From contig JAZKDN010000014.1 in assembly GCA_040387595.1 (NCBI GenBank), positions 9,082-73,081 on the forward strand: a stretch of 64,000 bases of DNA, given 5' to 3'. Shown piece by piece: positions 18,345 through 27,642 of this stretch. Under the pieces are notes generated by a model. It saw nothing but the letters and a program-made list of their open reading frames with translations. It did no database searches and was not told where the DNA came from. Origin of the DNA: Pseudomonadota bacterium (GTDB taxonomy: Bacteria; Pseudomonadota; Alphaproteobacteria; Sphingomonadales; Sphingomonadaceae). The first letter of the stretch is position 1; each line of letters starts with the position of its first letter. The translations under genes and the position numbers were made by a program.

Positions 18345-18779
18345 ATGCGGAAACTGATCTCGATGCTGGCCACCGGCACGCTCTTCGCCGTTGCACCGCC
18401 CGTTCCGGCGCAAACGCCCGGCCCCCTGCCAGCGATCGAGGGCCTCTCGCTCAACCCGCACGGCACCGTCGCGGTCAGGACCGGGGACTGCGCGGGACGA
18501 TTGTGCGGGTGGGTCGCTTGGGCGAGCCCGAAGGCGCTTCGCGATGCGAAGGACAGCGGCGTCGATCATCTGATCGGCACCGAGTTGCTCGAGAACTACA
18601 AGAACGACGGTTCGGAACGGTGGTCGGGATCGGTCTTCGTCCCGGACATGGGCCACCATTTTTCGTCCACCATTACCCGGCCGAACCCCAACGAACTCAA
18701 AGTCCAGGGATGCCTGATCGGCGGCTTTTTCTGCAAATCCCAAGTCTGGCAGCGCATCGAGAAAGTGCCCAATGCATAG
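18345..18779 (+). CDS. DUF2147-family secreted protein
   Basis: Signal peptide MRKLISMLATGTLFAVAPPVPAQ. Pattern GRLCGWVAWASP...YKNDGSERWSGSVFVPDMGHHFSSTI...LKVQGC. 8-nt overlap with the mprF start. Confidence 0.75.
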   Translation: MRKLISMLATGTLFAVAPPVPAQTPGPLPAIEGLSLNPHGTVAVRTGDCAGRLCGWVAWASPKALRDAKDSGVDHLIGTELLENYKNDGSERWSGSVFVPDMGHHFSSTITRPNPNELKVQGCLIGGFFCKSQVWQRIEKVPNA

Positions 18780-21396
18780 CATCGTCGACTTCATCCCACG
18801 GCACCGCCGTGTCCTTTCGATCGCAGCGGTAATGGCACTCATAGCGCTCGGCTTCGCGGCGCTCCACCACCTGACCGAGACGCTCACCCCGCGCGACATC
18901 CAGGCGGCCTTCCATGCCATCGCACCACGACAAATCGTCCTTGCAATCGGGTTCACCATCGTCAGCTATGTCGCGCTCACCTTCTATGACCTGCTCGCGC
19001 TGCGCATCATCGGAAAGCCGCTGCCCTGGCGGACTGCGGCGCTCGCGTCCTTTACCAGCTATACGATCAGCCATAATCTCGGACTATCGCTGATCACTGG
19101 AGGATCGGCGCGCTACCGCGTCTATACCGGTGCAGGCCTGGGCGGGAGCGACGTCGCGCGGATCGTCGCGATCGCCTCCGCCACCTTCTGGATGGGCGTG
19201 TTCGCAGTCACCGGCCTGGCGCTTGCCTTTCACCGGGACACCGCCCGCATCGCAGGATTCGCACTGCCCCCCGGTATCGCGCATGCCGTCAGCACCGCCA
19301 TCCTCGTCGGAGCAGCGGCCTTCGTCCTGCTCTGTGCCTCCGGCCCCCGCCAGATCAGCGTCAACGGTTGGACGATGCCGTTGCCAGGTGCGGGGCAAGC
19401 GCTCGGGCAGATCGCCATCGCCGCGATAGACCTCGCCGCCGCCGCCGCCGCGCTGTTCGTCCTGGTTCCCGGCGCCGACCCCGGACTGCTGCCGACCTTC
19501 GTGCTTGCCTATGCGCTTGGCATCATCGTCGCGCTGGCCAGCCATGTCCCCGGCGGCATCGGCGTATTCGAGGCGGTGGTGCTCGCCACCATCCCCGCCG
19601 ACAAGCCCGAACTGGCCGCCGCCCTGATTGCCTATCGGCTGATCTACTATCTGCTGCCGCTCGCGCTCGGGATCGTCGCGCTCGTCCTGCATGAAGGCCG
19701 CCAGCGCCGACTGGGCCGCGCCCTGGCCAGCGCCCGCGTCGTCGCGAGCGGGCTGGCACCGCTGCTGATGAGCGCCGCCAGTTTCCTCGGCGGCGCTGTG
19801 CTGCTGCTTTCGGGATCGACCCCGGCAATTCCCGATCGGCTGCATATGCTGCATGCCATCGTGCCCCTGCCCTTCATCGAGGCATCGCACCTCGCGGCCA
19901 GTCTCGTCGGCACCGGCCTGCTGCTGCTTGCGCCCGGCCTATACCGACGCCTCGACGGCGCTTTCGTCACGGCCCGAGCGCTGCTGATCGCGGGTGCTGT
20001 CTTCTCGCTCGCCAAGGGTATCGATTATGAGGAAGCGATCGTCTGTCTAACGATCGCCGGGCTGCTGCAATGGACCAGCCCGGCTTTCTACCGGACCACG
20101 GCCTTCGTTGCCCGGGCCTTTTCACCCAGTTGGATGGGCTGCGTCGCCGCGGTTGGCGGACTGAGCCTGTGGATCGGGCTCTTTTCCTACAAGCACATCG
20201 ATTACGACAACAGCCTGTGGTGGGATTTCGCACTGCACGGCGACGCCTCCCGCTATCTGCGGGCCAGCCTCGGCATGGGGGTGCTGCTCGCCGGTGTGGC
20301 GCTGTGGCGGCTGTTCGCGCCGGCCGCGCCGGGCCGCGCCGGAACCGCACTGCCGGCCGAGATCGCCGACGCGATCGAGACCGCCGACCGGACCGATGCG
20401 ATGCTCGCCTACACCGGCGACAAGCGCTTCCTGTTTTCGCCCGACGGCGAAGCCTTCCTGATGTACCAAATCCGGGGAGCGAGTTGGATCGTCATGGCCG
20501 ATCCGGTCGGCCCGCGCGCCGCCTGGAGCGCGTTGCTGTGGACGATCCGCTCGATGGCGGACGCAGCGCAAGGGCGGCTGATGCTGTATCAGATCAGCAG
20601 CGATATGCTCGAACTGGCGATCGCGCTGGGCCTCCAGATCGTCAAATATGGCGAAGAAGCGGTCGTCGACGTGCCCGGCTTTACGATCGAAGGACCGCGG
20701 ATGCGGTCGCTCCGCCAGGCCGTCCGGCGGGCAGAACGCGAGGGCGCGACGTTCGACATGATCCCGGCCGAACATGTGCCGGCGATCCTCGCCGACCTCA
20801 CCGCCATCTCCGATGAATGGCTCGAAACGAAGGGCCAGCGGGAAAAGGGCTTCAGCCTCGGCCGCTTCGATCCCGATTACATCGATCGCTTCGACTGCGC
20901 GATCATCCGGGTCGAGGGACGGATCGTCGCCTTCGCCAACATCTGGCGGACGGCGAACCGGCGCGAATTTTCGGTCGATCTGATGCGCCACGGTGCGGAT
21001 GCGCCCCCCGGCGTGATGGACTATCTTTTCGCCAGACTGATCCAGTGGGGACAGTCGCAGGGCTATGCCCGCTTCTCCTTGGGACTTGCGCCGCTGTCGG
21101 GCATCGAGGCGCACCGCTTGTCGCCTCTATGGTCCAAGGCGGCCGCCGTGATCTTCAAACATGGCGAGCGCTTCTATGGCTTTCGAGGCCTGCGCGCCTA
21201 CAAGGAAAAGTTCGCCCCCGCGTGGGAACCCCGCTACATCGCGGCGCCGCGTGGCCTTGGCCTCGTCCGTGCAATGCGCGACCTCAACCTGCTGATCGGA
21301 CGCCCCGGCGCATTGCTCCCCGTCACCGCACCGCACGCGGAGGAAGTCCCGATACCGATCGTCGCCAAGGGCCATCAGCCCCTGCTCGCCGCTTGA
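18772..21396 (+). CDS. mprF: Bifunctional aminoacyl-phosphatidylglycerol flippase/synthase
   Basis: 874 aa. N-terminal polytopic membrane domain and C-terminal synthase domain (FLMYQIRGASWIVMADPVGP...DLMRHGADAPPGVMDYLF...GLRAYKEKFAP). Confidence 0.9.
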   Translation: MHSIVDFIPRHRRVLSIAAVMALIALGFAALHHLTETLTPRDIQAAFHAIAPRQIVLAIGFTIVSYVALTFYDLLALRIIGKPLPWRTAALASFTSYTISHNLGLSLITGGSARYRVYTGAGLGGSDVARIVAIASATFWMGVFAVTGLALAFHRDTARIAGFALPPGIAHAVSTAILVGAAAFVLLCASGPRQISVNGWTMPLPGAGQALGQIAIAAIDLAAAAAALFVLVPGADPGLLPTFVLAYALGIIVALASHVPGGIGVFEAVVLATIPADKPELAAALIAYRLIYYLLPLALGIVALVLHEGRQRRLGRALASARVVASGLAPLLMSAASFLGGAVLLLSGSTPAIPDRLHMLHAIVPLPFIEASHLAASLVGTGLLLLAPGLYRRLDGAFVTARALLIAGAVFSLAKGIDYEEAIVCLTIAGLLQWTSPAFYRTTAFVARAFSPSWMGCVAAVGGLSLWIGLFSYKHIDYDNSLWWDFALHGDASRYLRASLGMGVLLAGVALWRLFAPAAPGRAGTALPAEIADAIETADRTDAMLAYTGDKRFLFSPDGEAFLMYQIRGASWIVMADPVGPRAAWSALLWTIRSMADAAQGRLMLYQISSDMLELAIALGLQIVKYGEEAVVDVPGFTIEGPRMRSLRQAVRRAEREGATFDMIPAEHVPAILADLTAISDEWLETKGQREKGFSLGRFDPDYIDRFDCAIIRVEGRIVAFANIWRTANRREFSVDLMRHGADAPPGVMDYLFARLIQWGQSQGYARFSLGLAPLSGIEAHRLSPLWSKAAAVIFKHGERFYGFRGLRAYKEKFAPAWEPRYIAAPRGLGLVRAMRDLNLLIGRPGALLPVTAPHAEEVPIPIVAKGHQPLLAA

Positions 21397-21443
21397 TACC
21401 CCTTCGTCTTCCTCCGCATTGCCTAACGAAAGTGTCGTTGCGT

Positions 21444-21818
21444 ATGGCGTCCCCATCCCTGCTGCTGGTCGAAAACAATCCGCGCATCCGCGCCCTGCTC
21501 CGCCTATCGCTCGAAGATCTCGGCTTCGCGGTCAGCGTTGCCGAGAGCGGCCAAGCGGCCTTGCGCCTCATCGCCGATCGCGCCGACCGCTTCGATGCTC
21601 TGATCTCGGACATCCGCCTCGGCGACGATGTCAGCGGGTGGGACGTCGCCCGATCGGCAAGGGCGAATGATAGCGCCATCGCCGTGCTCTACATGAGCGG
21701 CGATAGCGGCGATGCGTGGGAAAGCCAGGGCGTTCCGGGCAGCCGTTTTTTAGCCAAGCCCTTCGGTATCCGCGCGATACCGGAAGCGCTGACCATCCTG
21801 CTGCTTTCGCAGGAGTAA
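21444..21818 (+). CDS. Stand-alone receiver-domain response regulator
   Basis: 124 aa. LLLVENNPRIR, phospho-acceptor context ALISDIRLGDD, YMSGD, FLAKPF. The acidic pocket reads EN rather than DD or ED. Confidence 0.8.
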   Translation: MASPSLLLVENNPRIRALLRLSLEDLGFAVSVAESGQAALRLIADRADRFDALISDIRLGDDVSGWDVARSARANDSAIAVLYMSGDSGDAWESQGVPGSRFLAKPFGIRAIPEALTILLLSQE

Positions 21819-22075
21819 ACCGGTCACTGGGCCGATCCTATGGTGGAAAAGGGGGCGACGCCCGGCCGGGAAGGGAAGGCCGGGCGCCGCGGGAAGGGTC
21901 ACCGGAGGAGGAAACCGGTAACAGGATTCCGTCTAAGCACCCCTCCATGGCGGGAAGCTGCCCGCGGCATGAACTCTCCGTAACCTCCCGCCCCCGCCGA
22001 CATGACCGATTGTTCATGATCCCGTCACCGCCTTTCAAGCCGTCCGCAGGCAGGATCGCGACATTCCTGGAGACG

Positions 22076-22306
22076 ATGATGTCGCACGATCATACCGCCC
22101 CGCTACTCGCCAAACCGCGCAAGAAGCGCCAGCCGCGCCTGATCGCGACGATCTCGGCCGACTGCCGCGCCGGCCGTCACATCGTCGCATCGGAGGTGCG
22201 CACCGACAGCCGGGGCGTCCAGCACGGCCACTGCCGCCATTGCGGATGCGAGTTGAGCCGAATGCCGGTACTGCGCCGCTGGTTCAGGACCGGCGAAATG
22301 GGCTGA
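22076..22306 (+). CDS. Small Cys/His-containing hypothetical protein (76 aa)
   Basis: GGAG lies 6-9 nt upstream of the ATGATG start. Third codon positions are strongly G/C-rich. It contains HGHCRHCGC. No family recognised. Confidence 0.4.
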   Translation: MMSHDHTAPLLAKPRKKRQPRLIATISADCRAGRHIVASEVRTDSRGVQHGHCRHCGCELSRMPVLRRWFRTGEMG

Positions 22307-22332
22307 CGCGTCGCCCCTCCCAACGCGCCACA

Positions 22333-22719
22333 TCACCGTGGCTGCAGCTTTTCCAGATAACCGACGATCGCCGGAACGTCCTCCGCGGCCACTGGCGCGC
22401 GATAGACATCGAGCATCTTGCGAACGATCCCTTCCCACTGTCCGCGCGACAGCTTCGGCTGAAGCAGCACCATGCTCGCCGAATGGCAGCCGGCGCAATT
22501 CGCATTCATCACCTCAGCACCCGGGCCGTCGGGATAGGGCTGCTCGTCATAGGGGAGATCGACCGAGGTCGACCGCAGCGTAAAACCCTCCCTACTCACG
22601 GACTTGCGCGGCGCGGCGTTCAAAGGTCCCGATGCGACGTCCGTGCCAACCGCGAGCGCGATGATGCTGCCGATCGCGACCGCAAGCACCGCCGGCGAAG
22701 AGGAGTATCGCTTATGCAT
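22333..22719 (-). CDS. sorB: Monohaem c-type cytochrome, sulfite dehydrogenase electron-acceptor subunit
   Basis: Signal peptide and haem motif CAGCHS. 8-nt overlap with the sorA stop. Confidence 0.8.
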   Translation of the reverse strand: MHKRYSSSPAVLAVAIGSIIALAVGTDVASGPLNAAPRKSVSREGFTLRSTSVDLPYDEQPYPDGPGAEVMNANCAGCHSASMVLLQPKLSRGQWEGIVRKMLDVYRAPVAAEDVPAIVGYLEKLQPR

Positions 22720-23965
22720 CGGTCCGCACCTCGATGGTCAGCGTCTCAACGGTGTTCCGCATGAACCCGCTGGGGTTCCAGATTGGTTGCATCGGCTGGG
22801 CGAGCCCGGCGGCGTTGGTGCAGCGAACCATCAGCGTCTGCCGACCCACCTGGCCCGTCGACAGTGGCGCATCCCATCGCCGGAAGCTGTATTTGCCATG
22901 ATCCGGGCCGAGAATTGCGACACGCCAACTACGCCCACCATCGTCCGATATCTCGACCTTGGCGACCCCGCTATCACCCCCAAAGGCAATGCCCCCGACG
23001 GCGACACCCGGACCTTGACCCACCACCTGTCCTTCACGGTGGCTGGTTATGAAGGATCGCGGTACCATCCGCGTGATCGGCACCGTCGGAAAATCCTTGC
23101 TTCCCGGCGCGACATCGGCACCCGGCGTTGCCGGGATCCGGTAGGCCTTGCTCGTCCAATAGCGGTCGTCGGGAGCAGCCAGAACTTCGATATCGGACAG
23201 CATCTTGACCCAATAGGTCGAATACCAGCCCGGCACGACCAGCCGGATCGGAAAGCCATTGAGGAGCGGCAATTGTTCGCCGTTCATGCCGAAGGCGATC
23301 ATCACTTCGCCATCGCGGGCATGATCGATGGCCAGCGCCTTTTCGAAGCGTGGCGCACCGGGCACGGTTAAGCCGTCGAGGCCCCCGAACCGAACCGCGA
23401 CGGCATCGGCCAGCACCCCCGCCTGATCGAGAACATCGCGCAGGCGCACGCCCATCCACCGGGCATTGCCCATCGCACCATTCGCCCATTGCGCTCCGGG
23501 AACGCGCGGCTGGAACAGTCCGCGCGAGTTGCCCGAACATTGATTGACCGCCGCCATCTCGATCCGCGGCATGCGAAGCAATTGGGCGAGGCTGAGCATC
23601 AGTGGCGTGCGGACATGACCATGGATGGCCAGGCGAAAGCTGGCCACGTCGATCATTGTCGGGATATCCCCCCAATGCCACCGCACGAAAAAGCGATCGT
23701 TGGGCGTGAAGACGTCGCGATCGAATACGTCCATCGCAGTTTCGAGCAGCGGTGGATGAACGCGTTGAACGATCATCGGCCCCTTGCCGGGAAAACCGCC
23801 GGTCAGCGGGCGATCCGACGGGCCGCCGGGGAGTTGAAGGTCGATGCGCTGCTGCGCGCTCGCCGGGATCGCCAGCGCCGTCGCAGCACCCGCCAACAAC
23901 CCGCGCCGGTCCAGTGGCGCCCGCATCAGCGCATCGAGGCGATCCATTTTCCGCTCCTGTTCCAT
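22712..23965 (-). CDS. sorA: Molybdopterin sulfite dehydrogenase (sulfite-oxidase family), Tat-exported
   Basis: Twin-arginine leader LDRRGLLAGAATALAIPASA. Molybdenum-ligand cysteine context AAVNQCSGNSRG. Dimerisation domain at the C-terminus. ATG 23965 overlaps the yeiH stop (ATGA); ATG 23947 is the alternative start. The upstream 309 residues of the track ORF are spurious. Confidence 0.85.
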   Translation of the reverse strand: MEQERKMDRLDALMRAPLDRRGLLAGAATALAIPASAQQRIDLQLPGGPSDRPLTGGFPGKGPMIVQRVHPPLLETAMDVFDRDVFTPNDRFFVRWHWGDIPTMIDVASFRLAIHGHVRTPLMLSLAQLLRMPRIEMAAVNQCSGNSRGLFQPRVPGAQWANGAMGNARWMGVRLRDVLDQAGVLADAVAVRFGGLDGLTVPGAPRFEKALAIDHARDGEVMIAFGMNGEQLPLLNGFPIRLVVPGWYSTYWVKMLSDIEVLAAPDDRYWTSKAYRIPATPGADVAPGSKDFPTVPITRMVPRSFITSHREGQVVGQGPGVAVGGIAFGGDSGVAKVEISDDGGRSWRVAILGPDHGKYSFRRWDAPLSTGQVGRQTLMVRCTNAAGLAQPMQPIWNPSGFMRNTVETLTIEVRTDA

Positions 23966-25014
23966 CAGCCGCTCCAGGCGAGGCCCGTGGCCCATAGCAC
24001 GGCCAGGGAGATCCCGCCGAGCAGGCACAGCGACAAGGTCACCACCATCGTCACGCGCGGTCCGGCAGCCGCAATGCTGCGCAGATCGACCCCGAGCCCC
24101 AGGGCCGCCATCGCGACAAGGGTGAGCAGCCCGGTCACATGGCCGGCAGAGCCGACGATAGGACTCGGCAGCAAATCCATCGACCGCAGTGCTGCCAACA
24201 GCAGGAAGGCGATGATGAACCAGGGAACGACCAGCCCCAGACGCCACATGTCGGACGCGGGAGAACGCTCGGCGGCGGCCCTGCGCGGGAAAAAGAAGGA
24301 CAGGAGCAACAAGACCGGTCCGAGCATCAGCACACGGGTCAGCTTCACCAGAGTGCCGACCTCCACCGCCGCGCTCCCCATCGGCGCCGCCGCCGCCAGA
24401 ACCTGGGGAACGGCATAGACGGTCAGTCCGGCCAGCGTTCCGCCCGCAGCCGGCGACAGGTGCAGTAAGCCCGCACCGACCGGCAGAACCAGCACCACGC
24501 CGACACCCAGTACCGCGGTAAATGCGATAGCCGTCGCCACGTCCTCGCTGTCGGCATCGATCACCGGCGCGACGGCGGCAATCGCAGAATTGCCGCAGAT
24601 CGCATTGCCACAGGCGATCAGCGCCGCCATCTTCGTTGGCAGGCCGAAGGCGCGACCGATCAGGAAGGTCAGGCCGATCGCACTCACGACCGTAGCGACG
24701 ATGCCGATAAGCAGCGGCACGCCGGTCGCCGCCAGCGCGCCCAGGCTGACCGTCGCCCCGATCAGCGCCACCGCGATCTCGAGCACGGTCCTCGCCGCCC
24801 AGTCTATCCCCGGCCCAAAGAACGGCGGTGGCGCTCCTGTCGTGCGGATTGCCGTGCCGAGCAGGATGGCGATCACCAGCGGCTCGATCCACGAACGGCC
24901 TGCGACTGCGAGCTCAATCCGCCCCAGCAGGAGCGCGAGCAACGCGATCGCAACGCTCAGGCAAAGGCCCGGAATCAATCGCCATACCGACTGGGCTGAA
25001 AGTTGCTCTATCAC
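23965..25014 (-). CDS. yeiH: YeiH/UPF0324-family membrane protein (putative sulfate exporter)
   Basis: About 10 TM segments with a family-typical pattern. Start set at GTG 25014 (VIEQLSAQSVWRLIPGL), because the track ORF otherwise runs across the divergent LysR gene. Confidence 0.75.
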   Translation of the reverse strand: MIEQLSAQSVWRLIPGLCLSVAIALLALLLGRIELAVAGRSWIEPLVIAILLGTAIRTTGAPPPFFGPGIDWAARTVLEIAVALIGATVSLGALAATGVPLLIGIVATVVSAIGLTFLIGRAFGLPTKMAALIACGNAICGNSAIAAVAPVIDADSEDVATAIAFTAVLGVGVVLVLPVGAGLLHLSPAAGGTLAGLTVYAVPQVLAAAAPMGSAAVEVGTLVKLTRVLMLGPVLLLLSFFFPRRAAAERSPASDMWRLGLVVPWFIIAFLLLAALRSMDLLPSPIVGSAGHVTGLLTLVAMAALGLGVDLRSIAAAGPRVTMVVTLSLCLLGGISLAVLWATGLAWSG

Positions 25015-25049
25015 CAGCCATAGATCGGCTTTGCCTATATAAAAATCCA

Positions 25050-25077
25050 ATCGATTGAATATAGTGTAACGATCGAT
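25050..25077. promoter_or_regulatory. Putative LTTR operator: ATCGAT-N16-ATCGAT in the yeiH/LysR divergent region
   Basis: Two palindromic ATCGAT hexamers (25050-25055, 25072-25077) plus ATCGAA at 25085-25090. The spacer is AT-rich. Confidence 0.35.
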
Positions 25078-25089
25078 TATTTCTATCGA

Positions 25090-25971
25090 ATGACCCTCGA
25101 CCAGCTCCGCATCTTCGTGACGGTCGCCGAGGCCTCGACAATGACGCGTGCTGCGGTGTCGCTGCATCTTTCTCAACCAGCGGTCAGCGCTGCCGTGGCC
25201 GCGCTGGAGGGGCGCCACGGCAGTCGGTTGTTCGATCGGATCGGACGCCGGCTGGAATTGACCCATGCGGGTCGGCTCTTCCTCCCAGAAGCGAAAGCGG
25301 TGCTGGCCCGCGCCAAGGAAGCTCTGCAGGTGCTCGAAGACCTGTCCGGACTTGTCCGCGGCGAGGTTCGCGTGGCCGCGAGCCAGACCGTCGCGACGTA
25401 CTGGCTTCCGCCTCACCTCGCGCGCTTTGCCGTCGCCCAGCCGGGCATCATCCTATCGATGATCGACGGCAACACCGCGCAGGCGGCATCGGCGGTACTG
25501 GCGGGCGATGCCGACATGGCCGTGGTGGAGGGTCGGATGGATCATCCACTGCTCGAACGTCGAACGGTGGGGCATGACCGACTGGGCCTCTATGCCGCGA
25601 TGGGACACAGGCTCGGCGGCTTGGCGATCGGCAAGGCCGAAATGCTCGAGGCGGTCTGGACGATGCGCGAGCCGGGATCGGGAACGCGCGACCATTTCGC
25701 GGCGGTGCTGCCGAGCCACGGCCTGACGATCGGCGATCTCGATATCCGTCTCGAATTGCCCTCGAACGGTGCAGTCCTCGCCGCGGTCGAAGGCAGCGAG
25801 ATGATAGCGCCGATTTCCGATGTCGCCGCCGCGCCACGCCGCAAGGCACAGCTGATCCAGCGGCTCGACTGCACGCTGCCGGAACGCAACTTCAGCCTGT
25901 TGCTGCACCGCGAACGCCATCTCAGCCGTGCGGTACGGGCGTTCCTCGACGTCCTTCCGGCAGCCAGTTAG
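25090..25971 (+). CDS. LysR-family transcriptional regulator (YeiE-like by position)
   Basis: HTH LDQLRIFVTVAEASTMTRAAVSLHLSQPAVSAAVAALE. It lies divergent to yeiH, as yeiE does in E. coli. Confidence 0.9.
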   Translation: MTLDQLRIFVTVAEASTMTRAAVSLHLSQPAVSAAVAALEGRHGSRLFDRIGRRLELTHAGRLFLPEAKAVLARAKEALQVLEDLSGLVRGEVRVAASQTVATYWLPPHLARFAVAQPGIILSMIDGNTAQAASAVLAGDADMAVVEGRMDHPLLERRTVGHDRLGLYAAMGHRLGGLAIGKAEMLEAVWTMREPGSGTRDHFAAVLPSHGLTIGDLDIRLELPSNGAVLAAVEGSEMIAPISDVAAAPRRKAQLIQRLDCTLPERNFSLLLHRERHLSRAVRAFLDVLPAAS

Positions 25972-25983
25972 ACGTTCACCGGG

Positions 25984-26760
25984 CTAGGATTTCCGTCGGA
26001 AGAGATGGATCATCCCTTTATCGCCAAGCGGCACGGGATCTCCGGACAGCTCGAAACCGGCCTTCTCGGCATAGGGCCGCGGATCGGCATGGAAATAGGT
26101 CAACCGCTCGCGGCTGCGATGGATTTCGATTCCAGTCGAGGTGGATGTCACATAATCGAGGGTCAGGTCGAAGCGGCCGGTCGCGCGGTTCATCACCTGC
26201 CCCGCAACATAGAGCGTGAGCAGCCGGTCGCCATCCAGTGCCCTGCGGAACACCGGACGCGAGGGATCGGGTGCTGGCCGGTCCATCTTCTCGGCGACCG
26301 GTAGATGAATAGCCAACGGTCCGCCGGGCACGAGATGCCGTGCCATGCCCGCAAAGGCCTTCTTCCATGTCGAAGCCGGCTGGAGGTGAGCGAGCGTGAA
26401 GTAGGTGACGATGATAGCATCGAACCGCCTGCCGAGCGCGAGCGAGACCAGGTCGCCGCGCACGAAGCGCACGCGTTCAGCGACATCGGGAGCGAGCCTG
26501 AGCCGCTTCGCGTCAGCTTGCGCGAGCATCGGCGCTGCGACATCGATACCGGTGACCCTGTAGCCGCGCTCGGCAAGGGCTATCGCCACCCGTCCCGTTC
26601 CCGCGCCCAGTTCCAGAATATGGGCGCCGGCCGGCACCAGTCCGGCATAGATGTCGACATCGTCCCGGATCGAGCCGTCGGCGTCGGTTAGCAGATCGTA
26701 AAACTCTGCCGATGCGCCATCAGCCGCATAATATGGGCGCACAGCCACAGACGTCGCCAT
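25984..26760 (-). CDS. Class I SAM-dependent methyltransferase
   Basis: Motif I ILELGAGTGRVAIALA, followed by VTGIDVAAPML. Confidence 0.85.
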   Translation of the reverse strand: MATSVAVRPYYAADGASAEFYDLLTDADGSIRDDVDIYAGLVPAGAHILELGAGTGRVAIALAERGYRVTGIDVAAPMLAQADAKRLRLAPDVAERVRFVRGDLVSLALGRRFDAIIVTYFTLAHLQPASTWKKAFAGMARHLVPGGPLAIHLPVAEKMDRPAPDPSRPVFRRALDGDRLLTLYVAGQVMNRATGRFDLTLDYVTSTSTGIEIHRSRERLTYFHADPRPYAEKAGFELSGDPVPLGDKGMIHLFRRKS

Positions 26761-26886
26761 CAGGCCATCGCTCCCACGGCAGCAGCGATATTACCCGGTC
26801 TATCAGCCATTCCTATCGTCCGCGTCCTCATGCTCCAGCCAACATAATGCGGCGTGGGAACGAATGTCACCCCCGCGGCAAGACGA

Positions 26887-27642
26887 TCAGCGCGCTCGCT
26901 TTTCCAGGAACAGATAGTCGGCACTGAATTCGGCCACGTCGCGCAATCCGGCAGGATCGGAGACTGTCACATGTCCCCCGCGAAAGGTAACCAGGCCCCG
27001 CTCGCGAAGGTCGCGCAACACCCGGTTGACGTGGACCGCCGTCAGCCCAAGGCAATTGGCCAGGTCATTTTGGGTGAGCGGTAGGGCATAGCCGCCCGGG
27101 TCGGCGAGTCCTACGATCTCAAGGCGCACATGCAGTTCGCACAGGAGATGCGCCAGCCGCGCCATGGCGTCGCGTCGCCCGAGCGAAACCGTCCAGGCAC
27201 GATGGATCGACGCGTCCAAATTGGTCGAGAACCACAGCATCCGGCCGAGATGTGGGAACGCCTCGATCACCTCGCGCAATAGATCGTGCTGGACCCAACT
27301 GATCCGGCAGTCGGTGAGCGCCAATATTCCATGATCGAGGCGCTTCAGGGTGAAGCTGTGCAGATCGGCGAAGTCGCCTGGGACATGCAGCTCACTGATC
27401 TGCTGCTGCCCGTCACGCATATCCTTGAAACGCCCGAGGATGCCGTCGGTGAGAAGGGCTGACCGATCGAGCGGAACCCCCTCCTCGATCACCACCTTGC
27501 GCGCGGGATAGGGCCGCGGCGGTTGCATGATCGACAGGAGCGCCGCTTCTTCCTCGACGCTGATGTCGTCGCGTTGCCGAAGCTTCATCATCAATGTCGC
27601 GGTGATCACGGCAGATCGCGCAGACGGCTCGATATCAGACAT
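26887..27642 (-). CDS. Crp/Fnr-family transcriptional regulator (no FNR cysteine cluster)
   Basis: cNMP-binding-like beta-roll and a C-terminal HTH LTQNDLANCLGLTAVHVNRVLRDLRERGLV. Confidence 0.85.
   Translation of the reverse strand: MSDIEPSARSAVITATLMMKLRQRDDISVEEEAALLSIMQPPRPYPARKVVIEEGVPLDRSALLTDGILGRFKDMRDGQQQISELHVPGDFADLHSFTLKRLDHGILALTDCRISWVQHDLLREVIEAFPHLGRMLWFSTNLDASIHRAWTVSLGRRDAMARLAHLLCELHVRLEIVGLADPGGYALPLTQNDLANCLGLTAVHVNRVLRDLRERGLVTFRGGHVTVSDPAGLRDVAEFSADYLFLEKRAR

Noticed and set aside
21838-22000. The GGTGGAAAAGGG...GGGAAGG...GCTGCCCGCGGC string looked superficially like a cobalamin riboswitch.
   Set aside because: No B12 box (AGCCAGGAGACCTGCC-like) is present and no B12-related gene lies downstream. 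The resemblance rests on G/A-rich runs only.
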